Shown here in pieces: positions 20,112 to 30,900 of a DNA stretch of 64,000 nucleotides. Each line of letters begins with the position of its first letter. Position 1 is the first letter of the stretch. Below the pieces are notes generated by a model. It saw only the letters and a list, made by a program, of their open reading frames with translations. It searched no databases and was not told the DNA's origin. This DNA is from an uncultured Bacteriovoracaceae bacterium (GTDB taxonomy: Bacteria; Bdellovibrionota; Bacteriovoracia; Bacteriovoracales; Bacteriovoracaceae), in assembly GCA_964012805.1 (NCBI GenBank), contig CAXGUD010000015.1:23419-87418 (forward strand). The letters are read 5' to 3'. A program made the position numbers and the translations under genes.

Positions 20112-21926
20112 TTAAGGACTAAATCTATTCAATTTTTTTTCTTTATCAATAAAATAAAGAATTGAATCTTTCTCATTTTGAAGTTCATTGAGTAGAGCTT
20201 CGTATTGAGTAATAACAGTAAGAGGCTTTGTTTTTTTAGTTGGAGTAAGAAAGCCACTCTCTTCTGTGAATGGAGGAACAAAAAGAAACTTTTTGGGAAT
20301 TGGGAAAAATTTCTCACTCTCAAGCTCTTTAATAATAAAGGCACACTCTTTGTACAAATTAATGAGATAGGAAGGGTTTTCAACGTGCTCTTGATAATCC
20401 TGAGACTCTTCTCCCAAGGTTATAATCCCTATTGGGATGGGACTATTTAAGATATGAACAACGACTTGTTGAATATGATTTGACTTATCAAGAATTGTCT
20501 CCGCTATGGATTCAATATTATAAAAACGACCATCCGCTGCTTTAAGAAAGTTTTTAGACCTTCCCTTTAAAAACAGGTAACCATCTTCATCAAATACGCC
20601 TCTATCGCCTGTCTTAAACCAACCTTTTTCATCAAAGTTATCTTGCTTCCCAAAGTTAAGATAACCATCAAAAACATTATTACCTTTTACCCATATATCT
20701 CCAATTCCATTTTCATCACTTTTTCTGATCTCAATCTCATTGCAAGCAGCTTTTTTTCCGCAAGAACCTCTTTTACCTACTCTATCGAAAGTTAACGTGC
20801 AGGTCGTCTCACTCATTCCATAAGCTTCTACAATTTTTATTCCAAATGTATGAAGAAAAATATCATAAGTTTTGCCATTGAGAGCAGCTCCTCCAGAAAG
20901 AATATTTTTTAGACGAGAAAAACCAAGCTTCTTTTTAATCGCTTTTGAAAGGATTGGTTTTATAAAAAGTTTATTTTTCCAAGTGGGCGACGTTAGGTCT
21001 TTTTCCTTAAAGAATCCCCCAAGCATTTTAGTAAGTTTTTCTTCAACTCCATGGGCCAATGTTTGAAAAAGAAGGGGTACCCCAAACATATAAGTTGGTT
21101 GAATTTTAGGTAAATCCTCTAAAAAGGTATCTTTTGTCGTGATATAGCCTTGAAAAAGCCCCATGTAGGAGAGAGCAAAAATTGAAGTTTGAAATATATG
21201 GGCATTTGGTAAAAAAAAGGGGCAAATCTGCCTTTCTGTAACACCACCAAACATATTTTTAAGGAACCCATAACCAGAATATATAGAATTTTTGTTTGTT
21301 ATGGGAACGCCTTTTGGTGTTCCTGTGGAACCCGAGGTATAGACGACTTTGAAAACATCATTTTGTTCTTTTTCAATATCAGGTATAGGAATATTAGGGA
21401 TAACTGATTCATCCATCGGTAAATCAAGGGGTTCGACGGAAGAAAATCCATGGTCCCCTTTTACTTCGGTTCCTTCTATTAAAAAGACTCTTTTAAAAGA
21501 TTTCTTAATATCTGAAGGTAAAGTGGAAGCTTTTTTTAAACCTTCCTGATTAAGGATCAATATATCAACATTAGAATCAATGATCTTAAAAGAAATATGT
21601 TCAATACTGTCATTTTTATAAAAGCCTGTCGTATATTTTTTATTCATCCAACAACCCATATCAACACCCATAATATCAATGTGGTTGTCACTTATGTATG
21701 CAACATTATGTCCTTCAAGCTTTTTATGAATAAGAGAGAAAAAGTACCCTTTACTTAGTACATCCGAAGCACGATAATTCCTATTATAATCCCCATTATC
21801 ATCTCTCATTTTTACAATTATAGGATTATTTTGTTCTTTATAAGTTTTTAATAGAATTCCAAGAAGACTTCCTCCCTCTAAAACCTTTTGGTAGATACCC
21901 TCCAATTTTCCAAATAACTCTCTCAT
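20112..21926 (-). CDS. Long-chain fatty acid-CoA ligase (AMP-binding)
   Basis: YTSGSTGTPKGV, EAYGMSET, GWFKTGD.G, LTPTKK. Confidence 0.85.
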   Translation of the reverse strand: MRELFGKLEGIYQKVLEGGSLLGILLKTYKEQNNPIIVKMRDDNGDYNRNYRASDVLSKGYFFSLIHKKLEGHNVAYISDNHIDIMGVDMGCWMNKKYTTGFYKNDSIEHISFKIIDSNVDILILNQEGLKKASTLPSDIKKSFKRVFLIEGTEVKGDHGFSSVEPLDLPMDESVIPNIPIPDIEKEQNDVFKVVYTSGSTGTPKGVPITNKNSIYSGYGFLKNMFGGVTERQICPFFLPNAHIFQTSIFALSYMGLFQGYITTKDTFLEDLPKIQPTYMFGVPLLFQTLAHGVEEKLTKMLGGFFKEKDLTSPTWKNKLFIKPILSKAIKKKLGFSRLKNILSGGAALNGKTYDIFLHTFGIKIVEAYGMSETTCTLTFDRVGKRGSCGKKAACNEIEIRKSDENGIGDIWVKGNNVFDGYLNFGKQDNFDEKGWFKTGDRGVFDEDGYLFLKGRSKNFLKAADGRFYNIESIAETILDKSNHIQQVVVHILNSPIPIGIITLGEESQDYQEHVENPSYLINLYKECAFIIKELESEKFFPIPKKFLFVPPFTEESGFLTPTKKTKPLTVITQYEALLNELQNEKDSILYFIDKEKKLNRFSP

Positions 21927-22084
21927 CCTTTCACCCTTAATTTTCTGATAATTAATGTCTAGGTTATCACTAAAAAGGGAAATTTTTTTGAAAAACCCAA
22001 AAGTTTCAATTCTTTTGACATAATATCTAAGCTAAAAAAAAATGATTTTAGATATTTCAAACATTATTTCAAAAGGAGGCTAAA

Positions 22085-23965
22085 ATGATCGGCCAAAAAC
22101 TGTTTGCTAAACAAACCTTTAAAAAGGCCAAGTTTTTTTTACTTGTTGCCCTTTTAATTCCTCAACTCCTTTTTGCAAGAACAACCCAGTATGACAAAAT
22201 GGTTGGTGTTAATTCACCATGGAGGTTTTTAAAAAACTATACGATAAAGTTTGAAGAACTTCCTACTGAAGGATCCCTTGCTGATAAACCATGGAGTGGT
22301 GATTATTGGGCGGACTTTTTGGGTGGTACCACATATAGATGGTATCCTCTTCCAAAAAGCAAGCAGGACAAAAGAAACCCAAAAAGATTTGGTTATAAAC
22401 ACCCCACCCCTGAAGAAATAAAAAAAATGGACCTACGAATTCTTTCACCAGCTGAAAAATATGATCTTTTTATGGGAGACTTAAATTGGACAATAACAAA
22501 ACAAGAAAGGGAAAGAACTGGTGTTTTAAAAACGATTAAAGGCAGCCCTAATTATGATCCTTCTTTTAAAATTGAAGGTTGGTGGGGTCTTTGTCATGCT
22601 TGGGCGCCAGCAACTATTTTATATAAAAACCCGGCCCCAATTACCTTAAAGAACCCTCAGGGAATTAAAGTTCCATTTGGCGCATCGGATATAAAAGCCC
22701 TCCTTTCCCTCCATATGCATACAGTTCCAGAAAGATCTTCTGAGTACACTTTCCTGGGCGACAGGTGCTTCACAGATTTAAAGTCAATTTTCGGAAAATG
22801 GGCAAATTTTTGGAACACTCATTCACCAGGAGCAGATGAAAAAACCCTAAAAGAGTTAAGAAAAAAGGCCAAAGAAGGCTTAGATAATGAACTTAAAGGC
22901 TTAAAAGAGTGTAATGATATGAATCCCGGTGCCTTCCATGTAGCACTCGGAAATAGCATAGGACACAATAAAGATGGTTTCGTAATGGATAAAGATAGAG
23001 GTGCTGAAACGTGGAATCAGGGTGTCTATGGCTATAAAGTAAAAATCCTAAAAACGAGAAATGAAAAGGTCAAAGACAAACCTTTTACGGTTCACTCAAT
23101 TGAAAACACCGTTACCTGGGTTACTGAAATTGGTCATAGCTGGAAAAAAGTTAAAGGTGGTATTGGCCTTACAACAACCAAATATATTTATGACCTCTAC
23201 TTGGATGAAAATGGTAATATCAAAGGTGGAAAATGGCTAACACAAGACTTAATGGATCGTCCTGACATTATTTGGATGAGAAGACCTAGGCCAAAATTTG
23301 AAAGAGGGCTTAAGGGTCTTACCAGTATCTACAAAGCATCTGAAAAGGAGTCATCAAAACGTTATACAAAAGATGAGTTAAAATCTTTATTTAGAAAGTC
23401 CGCAAAGAAAATAATGATGGCCAATCGATTTGTGAAAAACTCCAAAGAACTTGTCAAAATGAGAAAGGAAATGAGAGTGAGCTATTATGAAAGGCTCAAG
23501 AAAACTGTTGTAGGAAGTTTCTTTAGTCAAATGAAAGAGCGCGATAATAGAGACAAGAGAATTTTGGAATCTTTAAGGCCTAAATTAGAGAGAGCGAGGA
23601 AAAGAATTGCTAGAGAAAATGATTTAAAAGATAAAAAACATGATAAAAACAAACCATGTCTTTACAGTCTTGTTAATTGGAAAGGGAAACTTAGGAAGGA
23701 GTTTTTAGAAAAGAAAAACGGGGCCAATAACTGTAAAAAAGCAAGGTCCAAATGTGAGAAAAATAAGCGCCATAGATGGGAAAATTGCTACTATGGAAAA
23801 GCGACCGACCACTATAAACCTTGCACTTTCGAACTTTTAAGTAAAAAAGGTAAGTCTCTCGGAAAGTTTACAGAGAACGGAGCTTATGGAGAATTTAATT
23901 GCAAAGTTTCAAAGTTAAGATGCTCAGTCAGGAAGTTATTTGTTCGAAAATGCGTAAAAAGATGA
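22085..23965 (+). CDS. Exported transglutaminase-elicitor (GP42-type) protein with C-terminal coiled coil and Cys-rich repeats
   Basis: PWSGDYW, LSPAEKYD, WWGLCHAWAPA, F..SDIKALL, D.NPGAFH, WNQ, RPD.IW motifs; signal peptide. Confidence 0.85.
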   Translation: MIGQKLFAKQTFKKAKFFLLVALLIPQLLFARTTQYDKMVGVNSPWRFLKNYTIKFEELPTEGSLADKPWSGDYWADFLGGTTYRWYPLPKSKQDKRNPKRFGYKHPTPEEIKKMDLRILSPAEKYDLFMGDLNWTITKQERERTGVLKTIKGSPNYDPSFKIEGWWGLCHAWAPATILYKNPAPITLKNPQGIKVPFGASDIKALLSLHMHTVPERSSEYTFLGDRCFTDLKSIFGKWANFWNTHSPGADEKTLKELRKKAKEGLDNELKGLKECNDMNPGAFHVALGNSIGHNKDGFVMDKDRGAETWNQGVYGYKVKILKTRNEKVKDKPFTVHSIENTVTWVTEIGHSWKKVKGGIGLTTTKYIYDLYLDENGNIKGGKWLTQDLMDRPDIIWMRRPRPKFERGLKGLTSIYKASEKESSKRYTKDELKSLFRKSAKKIMMANRFVKNSKELVKMRKEMRVSYYERLKKTVVGSFFSQMKERDNRDKRILESLRPKLERARKRIARENDLKDKKHDKNKPCLYSLVNWKGKLRKEFLEKKNGANNCKKARSKCEKNKRHRWENCYYGKATDHYKPCTFELLSKKGKSLGKFTENGAYGEFNCKVSKLRCSVRKLFVRKCVKR

Positions 23966-23992
23966 GAACTTTTTAATAAGATTTTTGTAAAA

Positions 23993-24019
23993 AAAAAGGG
24001 CCTTTAAAAGGCCCTTTTT
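23993..24019. terminator. Bidirectional intrinsic terminator
   Basis: AAAAAGGGCC-TTTAAAA-GGCCCTTTTT between convergent genes. Confidence 0.85.
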
Positions 24020-24043
24020 CCCGCTAGGCTTGAAAATTTTTGA

Positions 24044-25210
24044 TTATTTATTTTTTAAGGACATCTTATAAATCTTTTTTAGATTCCTAAAGTAACCACT
24101 GAACTTAGGTTTTTCTTGTTTCCAAATAAAGTCTGGTCTATCGTATGAAATCCAAGACCCACCTACAATTCTATCTTTAGAATCTAACTCTAGAGCGTAT
24201 TCATAATCATCTACATTATATCCGTACATAAGACCCTTTTCACCGTCTTCATCAAGTTCATTTTCATAGAAATCAACTAGTTTATTAACTTCTGAATGAG
24301 GCTCTTCATCTATATAGAAAACTTCTGTTTTCAAAACAACTTCTTTAACTGTTCTAGGGTCAGCTCCACGCGAAGGGGCCCTCATAGAAATGACTTCAGA
24401 ATCATAACGGAAGACAGCTTGGTTCCAAACCTCAAGGTCTCTCGTTTTATCCATAATAAAAGATTCATTCATTTTGCCAATTTGGTTTGCTAAGGCAATA
24501 TGAAATGCACCAGCATTTGTATCTTGACAAGCCGCTTTGTTTTCTACAGCTCTTGGATTCTTTTTAAAATCAAAATTACAACGTCTACCCAGGTTATAAG
24601 TTTTAACCTTCCTCTGATTCATGTGCATGTGATAAGTTAAAAGCGCCTTAAGATCTGAGGAATTAAAGTTTATTTTATGACCTCTCTTCCCTCTAACAGT
24701 CACCTTACCAGGTGCTTTATACAAATAAGTTGCTGGTGCCCAAGCATGACACAAGCCTTCCCATTCAGGGATTTCTCTATCAGTAAAGATTCCAGTTCTC
24801 TTTCTCTCGTATTTTGTCAGAGGAAAATTTCTTTTTCCAAGATATAAGTCGTATTTTTCAGCAGGCGATAATTTGTTAATATCAGTTCCTTTACCTGGTG
24901 TCTCATACATATATGAAGATTTATCATCCTCTCCAATTTGCCAACGAAAGGTTATTCCCCCTCTCCAAGTTGCCCAATAATCTCCTGTCCAAGGAGTTTC
25001 AGTTAACTCTCCTGATAAGTTTAGCCCACCATCGAGAGAAAGACCTTTTTCATTGGTTTTAAAAGAGAAAGTTGTCTCGTAATTTTTGGTTCCAAAGTTA
25101 AAAGGTGAATTTGCCCTGTCCCATCCGGAAAAACTATAAGCTTTGGGTAAGAAAGCAGTTAAAGTTAAGATTAATAAAGCAAACTTTTTTAAAAAGGTTT
25201 TGAAATACAT
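24044..25210 (-). CDS. Exported transglutaminase-elicitor (GP42-type) protein
   Basis: PWTGDYW, LSPAEKYD, WEGLCHAWAPA, F.SSDLKALL, DTNAGAFH, EVWNQ, RPDFIW; signal peptide. Confidence 0.85.
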   Translation of the reverse strand: MYFKTFLKKFALLILTLTAFLPKAYSFSGWDRANSPFNFGTKNYETTFSFKTNEKGLSLDGGLNLSGELTETPWTGDYWATWRGGITFRWQIGEDDKSSYMYETPGKGTDINKLSPAEKYDLYLGKRNFPLTKYERKRTGIFTDREIPEWEGLCHAWAPATYLYKAPGKVTVRGKRGHKINFNSSDLKALLTYHMHMNQRKVKTYNLGRRCNFDFKKNPRAVENKAACQDTNAGAFHIALANQIGKMNESFIMDKTRDLEVWNQAVFRYDSEVISMRAPSRGADPRTVKEVVLKTEVFYIDEEPHSEVNKLVDFYENELDEDGEKGLMYGYNVDDYEYALELDSKDRIVGGSWISYDRPDFIWKQEKPKFSGYFRNLKKIYKMSLKNK

Positions 25211-25521
25211 AAATTCTCCATCGATTTAAGGTGCAATACATCAATAAACCGGAGAATCAGTAATTTCAAATTCAAAAATAAATAAAGAAATTTTTTTATG
25301 CTTCAGCATTTATTTGTTTAATTAAAGATATTTATTATTGGTAGATTTTAGATAATCGATAAAATTTGTTTATATTTATTAGAAGGTCATCATTTTTTCA
25401 AAAAGACGCAACTTAAGTAAATTTTAAACTATAATTCATTTAAATAAATTACCTCCTTAATTATATATTTTTTTTAAAATAAAATATTTTTTAGAATAGT
25501 GAAAAAATAGGGGGTCTCAAA

Positions 25522-26391
25522 ATGAAAGGGTTATTTATCCTATTTGGTCTTTTAAGTTCTTTAAACCTTTATTCCAAGTCAAGCGTCACACTTGCCGCAG
25601 GAGATTGGCCTCCATTTTTAAAAAAGAAAGGCCTGGCCCACCTTGGAGTAGGTGCTCATATTGTAAAAAAGGCCTTAAAAAGTCAGGGAATCCAAGTAAA
25701 GTTTAAGTTTTATCCCTGGTCGAGAGGAATGACTGAGGCAAAAAAAGCAAAAAAAGTAGATGGGGCCATCTTATGGCTGAAAAACCCAGATAGAGAGAAG
25801 ATTTTTTACTATAGTGATAAAGTTATGGCCGAAACAAATGTCTTCTTCCATCTAAAGGGTTCATCTTTTAAATGTAGTTCAGATAATAATTTATTGGCCT
25901 ATAAGTGCATGGAAGAAATTGCTAAAAAGAACTTGAGAGTTGGTGGGATATATAAATTTAGTTATTCAAATCATTTTGATAAAGCTGTTGGGAAATCAGG
26001 TGATAAAGACGATTCTTCAAAGGCCATTATTAAAAACTTTAAAAGAAAAAGAAATAGCATCATTAACTTCGAGATGTTAATTAAGGGTAAAATCGATCTC
26101 TATCCTCAAGAAATCAATGTTGGTTATTATGAGCTTAACAATCTAATTAAAAATAAGTCAGATGCAACAAAAGTAACTCACCTTAATATTCCTCTTCAAG
26201 AAAAGCCTTCGTACCTCATAATGAGTAAGAAAAATAAAATAAACGAGAAAATTATTAAAAAGTTTAACGAAGGGCTCAAGGCACTAAGAGAATCAGGTGA
26301 ATATGAGAAAATGTTAGCACTAGACAAATCAGGTGGTTATGCTTGCAAAGAATTCAAAAAGGAAAACTCTGGAACAATACCTGGTTGTTAA
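25522..26391 (+). CDS. Periplasmic substrate-binding protein (family 3, amino-acid type)
   Basis: Signal peptide; DWPPF, F.FYPWSRG, ML..G.IDL, FNEGL.ALRESGEY. Confidence 0.85.
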   Translation: MKGLFILFGLLSSLNLYSKSSVTLAAGDWPPFLKKKGLAHLGVGAHIVKKALKSQGIQVKFKFYPWSRGMTEAKKAKKVDGAILWLKNPDREKIFYYSDKVMAETNVFFHLKGSSFKCSSDNNLLAYKCMEEIAKKNLRVGGIYKFSYSNHFDKAVGKSGDKDDSSKAIIKNFKRKRNSIINFEMLIKGKIDLYPQEINVGYYELNNLIKNKSDATKVTHLNIPLQEKPSYLIMSKKNKINEKIIKKFNEGLKALRESGEYEKMLALDKSGGYACKEFKKENSGTIPGC

Positions 26392-26409
26392 ATATTTATT
26401 TTAATTAGG

Positions 26410-26451
26410 AAGGCCTGTAAAAAAATCTTCTTAGTTTTATTTACAGGCCTT
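26410..26451. terminator. Hairpin between convergent genes
   Basis: AAGGCCTGTAAA-N18-TTTACAGGCCTT, 12-bp perfect stem. Confidence 0.7.
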
Positions 26452-26469
26452 ATATATTAAAAGTTTTAA

Positions 26470-27969
26470 TCAAGCTACTTTTTTGAGTTCCTTAGGAATT
26501 TCCATATAGAAAACCGTTCCTTCACTCCCGCTTCGAATGTCAAGAGTACCATCGTGCTCTTCGACTATTTTTCTAGCAATCATAAAGCCAAGACCAGAGT
26601 GTTCTTGATTCTCATTGAAAGACATTTTTTCAAAGAAATTAACTCTATCTTTCTTTGAGAAGTGCGGCCCATTGTTTTTTACTTCAAATAAGAAACTATT
26701 CTTTTTCTCTTTAAAAACAATTGATATAATTGGCTTTTCTATACCCTCATAAACAAGAATTTTTCTAGAACTATTTACAAGGTATCCAATAGCCCTTTTT
26801 AATTTAATTCCATCACACTCAATCACAGATTCATTTTCACAATCGACATTAAAATTGATTTCATAAAATCTTAAAACATCTTTAAATTTTCCCTTAAGGT
26901 AGTGGGATATATTATCTACTTTGTGAGGTTTTATATTTAAATGTTCCTGGTATTTTTCACTCATTAAATCTATGATAAGAAAAAGCAGATCATCACACGA
27001 TGTTAAGAGGATTCCTTTTAACATCGTATAAAACTCTGATTCTTTAGCATCACTTCTGAACATATGCGAAACTGTTTTGATTGTATTAATTACATCCCTA
27101 AAATCATAAAGTAAGTTTTCCAAACCACTTTCAACATTCACTTTTTTAAGAATACTTAGATTAACCTCTTCAAAACTCTGCAAAGTAAGAGGTATCTTGA
27201 CCCTCTCGCTAATCAAGATTAGACTTTCTTTTATAATTTCTTCCTCAAATTCAGTCATATTTTCTTTTAAATTAAATAAAAAGCTATTTTTATTACTAAA
27301 TTGAATAGCGCAACGATTTCCAAATTTATAAAAATTAAGTATTTCTGATTTCTTTTCTGCCAATAAGTTAATATATTTTTGAGGTACGGCAATTTGTCGA
27401 CCAATATAAGAATCACAATAAACCTTACCTGTAACTTTCTTAAGATCTTTATGCCTCCACATACCGAAAGAGGATAATTCTAGCTCCTCTCCCATAATAT
27501 CAATAAAAATCTTATTTATGTCGTTCTTATCATTTGAATCCTTGAACTTTTTAATTAGATAATTGCCAACTTCAATCTTGAGGTCGTATTTAATCATTTT
27601 CTTGACCAACTGAATTCCGAGTGCATTATCCCTAGGTAAAGTTAATTCGATATGTTCAGAATCAAGTGATACCTTATTTGATTTAACCTCTGATTCAAAT
27701 AATACCATCTCAAATTTGATAAGCTTTTCTTTTAATTTATTACTGAATTTATTTATTTCCGTTTTAGAAAAAGAATCTTTATTAACAAAAAGAAAATACT
27801 TAACCTTCTTTTTGCCAATTTTTTGTCTTAGATCACTCGTGATGGAATTAAGACTGGTCTTTTTTATTGCCTTTAATCCAACATCCTTAAGTCCAGAGAA
27901 AAGAGCTAGCTCATTCTCATTGAACTTTTTAGATATCAAATAAGATATATTAGACCGATTATACCGCAC
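26470..27969 (-). CDS. Degenerate histidine-kinase-like protein (HATPase fold; H-box His replaced by Tyr)
   Basis: LLYDFRDVI at the H-box position, YLVNSSRK at the N-box, NNGPH, SGLGFMIARKIVEEHDG, GTVF. Confidence 0.75.
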   Translation of the reverse strand: MRYNRSNISYLISKKFNENELALFSGLKDVGLKAIKKTSLNSITSDLRQKIGKKKVKYFLFVNKDSFSKTEINKFSNKLKEKLIKFEMVLFESEVKSNKVSLDSEHIELTLPRDNALGIQLVKKMIKYDLKIEVGNYLIKKFKDSNDKNDINKIFIDIMGEELELSSFGMWRHKDLKKVTGKVYCDSYIGRQIAVPQKYINLLAEKKSEILNFYKFGNRCAIQFSNKNSFLFNLKENMTEFEEEIIKESLILISERVKIPLTLQSFEEVNLSILKKVNVESGLENLLYDFRDVINTIKTVSHMFRSDAKESEFYTMLKGILLTSCDDLLFLIIDLMSEKYQEHLNIKPHKVDNISHYLKGKFKDVLRFYEINFNVDCENESVIECDGIKLKRAIGYLVNSSRKILVYEGIEKPIISIVFKEKKNSFLFEVKNNGPHFSKKDRVNFFEKMSFNENQEHSGLGFMIARKIVEEHDGTLDIRSGSEGTVFYMEIPKELKKVA

Positions 27970-27978
27970 CTTAATTCC

Positions 27979-30900
27979 TTAACCTTTATTATCATTAATT
28001 TTTATAACAAAAACTGTTCCCGAACCAAACTTTGATTCAACAAAAACCTCTCCTCCAATTTTATTAACATTTTCCTTAACAATATCCATTCCAATACCAC
28101 GCCCTGATAATTCATCTACTGTATCTTTTTGACTAAAGTTCGGAGTAAAAATTACTTTTATAATTTCCTCATCACTCATTTTTTTAAGTTGATCTTCCGT
28201 TAATAAACCTTTTTGAACGGCTTTTTTTCCTATAAGCTGGGGATCAATTCCCTTACCATCATCTTCAATTGTTATTTCTATTGAATCGTCAGCAAGGTTT
28301 TCTTTACACCTTACTTTTATTGTTCCTTTGGGGTTTTTCCCCATTTCTTGTCTTTCTTTTGGCAATTCCAAACCATGATCCAAAGCGTTTCTTAAAATAT
28401 GAACCATTGCATCTTGTAGGAGGTTATATGACTCTTTATTCATCGCGACCCCATCTCCATCCAAAATGAAGTCAACACTCTTACTTAACTTTAAAGCAAT
28501 ATCATCTATCATGGTTTTGAACTTAGACATCTGTGGAAGTATTGGGATATCTTTTAGCTTTTGGACTGCTTTTTTAATCCTATCTATATTGCCTTCTTCA
28601 ATAATTTTTTCTAGTTTTTTAATGTTCCTCATCACAACAGGCCAGGTCTCTACCTTTTTAATATTCATATCACCCTGTTTCTCGATAAAGAACCCATTAA
28701 CTAATTGGTAAAAGTCTATTAGCTTCATATAATAATAATAGTCGACATTTTTAAAAAATAATTCCATAACACCAGCAAGTGGATCACCTTGATGGGCAAG
28801 ACTTTTTATTTTAGAAGGCAAGTTGTTCGTTATTCTCGCTGTTTTCAACTCTACTCGAAACAAACTAAGCTTTGGATTTTCTGAGCTATTAAAAAGAAAA
28901 ATATCCAGGCCTGAATCTAACTTATAAAAATCTTGCGAACCAAGCCATTTAGATGCTTCCAAAAAGAAATAACTTGGTTTTATTTCATTTTTAATAAAAA
29001 TGTCCAAAACAGAATGCAAAATTATTTCATGATCAAGCTCTAGTATTGAAGATTCAATTTCACTTAATTTTTTACCTTCATCATTTATGACTTTTTCGAA
29101 ACCCTCAATATACTTCTTTCTCTGACTATGATCTTTTACCTTTGAAAACTCGAGGTATGATATGAGTGAACAATAACGCCACAAGACTTCAAATAAGCTC
29201 TTTATATTGTCACTATCTTCTAACTTTGTTAATCCTTTTAAATCCGCTGCTATCTTATTAACAAATAAAAGGTCCATTTTATTCGCTTGCTCAATAAGCG
29301 CGCCTAAAGCTATATTATACTCACGATTTCTTTTACTTTCTTTAAAAGATACCGTTAATTTATATATATTATTAAATAGTTCTGCCCACTCACTTTTTGT
29401 AAAAGCAAAAGGCTTATTCAAATCTGATTGCATATAAACAGTTTTTACCTGATCTTTTATTTCAATAAAATTGTCTATAAAACGTGTAGAAAAATCATCT
29501 AATGAGATATCATCCAACTTTTCTAAGAGAGAAAAGCTAGTTTCAAAGTTTTGAACCTTTTCTCTTACAATACTTAAAGATGAGGAAGACCTGAGACAAC
29601 CTTTTAATGAATGAGTTGTCCTCTTTAATTGAACCTTAAATTCATCAGTTAACTCTTTGCTTTTTATATTGTTAAACTCTTCTCTTCTGCCCTTTATTGA
29701 CTCGTTACTGCTTAACTTTTTTTCCGAGTTTGTTAAATTAATACAAATTAGATTGTCTAAATCCGTTAAATAACCATGAGTTTCTTTTAATAACTTTTTA
29801 CCAAACTCATTCTCTAGACGAAAAACCTTTTTAGCTAGGTTTCCATAGTCATTAATCTCTTGCCTTAAAAAATAAAGATTATCAATAAGGTCTCCGACAT
29901 CTTCTTTATCAAAATGATCACCTTTATTTTCCTGAATTTCTTTAACTTGGCTTTCTGTAATATGAGTTAAAGAGGATATAGACTCGAAATTAAAAGCCCT
30001 TGCATTTCCCTTCAAAGTATGGAGGAAGCGAAACATATTTTTTACAGAGTTATCCTTTTCACTCTTAGGATTTTTTGCCAATGCCATCGTATCGTCTATA
30101 AGGCTTCTTGCATTGATTAAAAAGTTTTCGACATCCTCGATTTCAGCATTGGCCATCTCAGTAATAATCGATATATTCTTTTCATTGGATTTCTTTTCTT
30201 TTTTTATTTCCTTCTCTAACTTTTCTCTTTCCGTTACATCTTCAACATTAAACATTATTTTTTCTAAAAGTTCGTTCTCATCCCAAAGCGGTATGTAGTT
30301 TACAGAAAATGTTTTTACTTCCTTAACGAAACCTTTAGAGTCATATATATTATAATGAATCTTACTCAATAAATGATCTTCAACCATTTCCCACTGTAAA
30401 GAGTTTGCTCCAAATATAACACTATAAGCACTAAATAAATTAGCATAGTCTTCAGAAGCCAAGTCTACATCTTTGTATAGAGTTTTAAAAATATCTTTTC
30501 CCAAAATGTCATGGGAAAAACAGGTATCAGTGAAACTTGACACAGGCGGAATGACGTTCCAATCACCATTGACACAAAATATGGCCTGCTTCATATTATT
30601 TAATAGGTTTGAAACCTTATCTTTTTCTTCTTCTATTTCTTGAGTTGCCTCTTTCACCTTATCTTCTAGATTTTCTGCATAATCTCTCAATTTTTCGTGG
30701 GAGATTTGTAGGTTTTTTTTCATTTTATTGAAACTATCTACAAGCTTCTCTAATTCATCACTCTTTTTTTGCTCTTCTCTTTCTAGAGTCAGATCACCAA
30801 CTTGTAAATCATCCAGACTGAAGTTCTCTGCATAATGGGCCATTTTTTGGAGATGGGAAGAAACATACTTTCTAAAAACTGAATAAATAATAAGAGTTAT

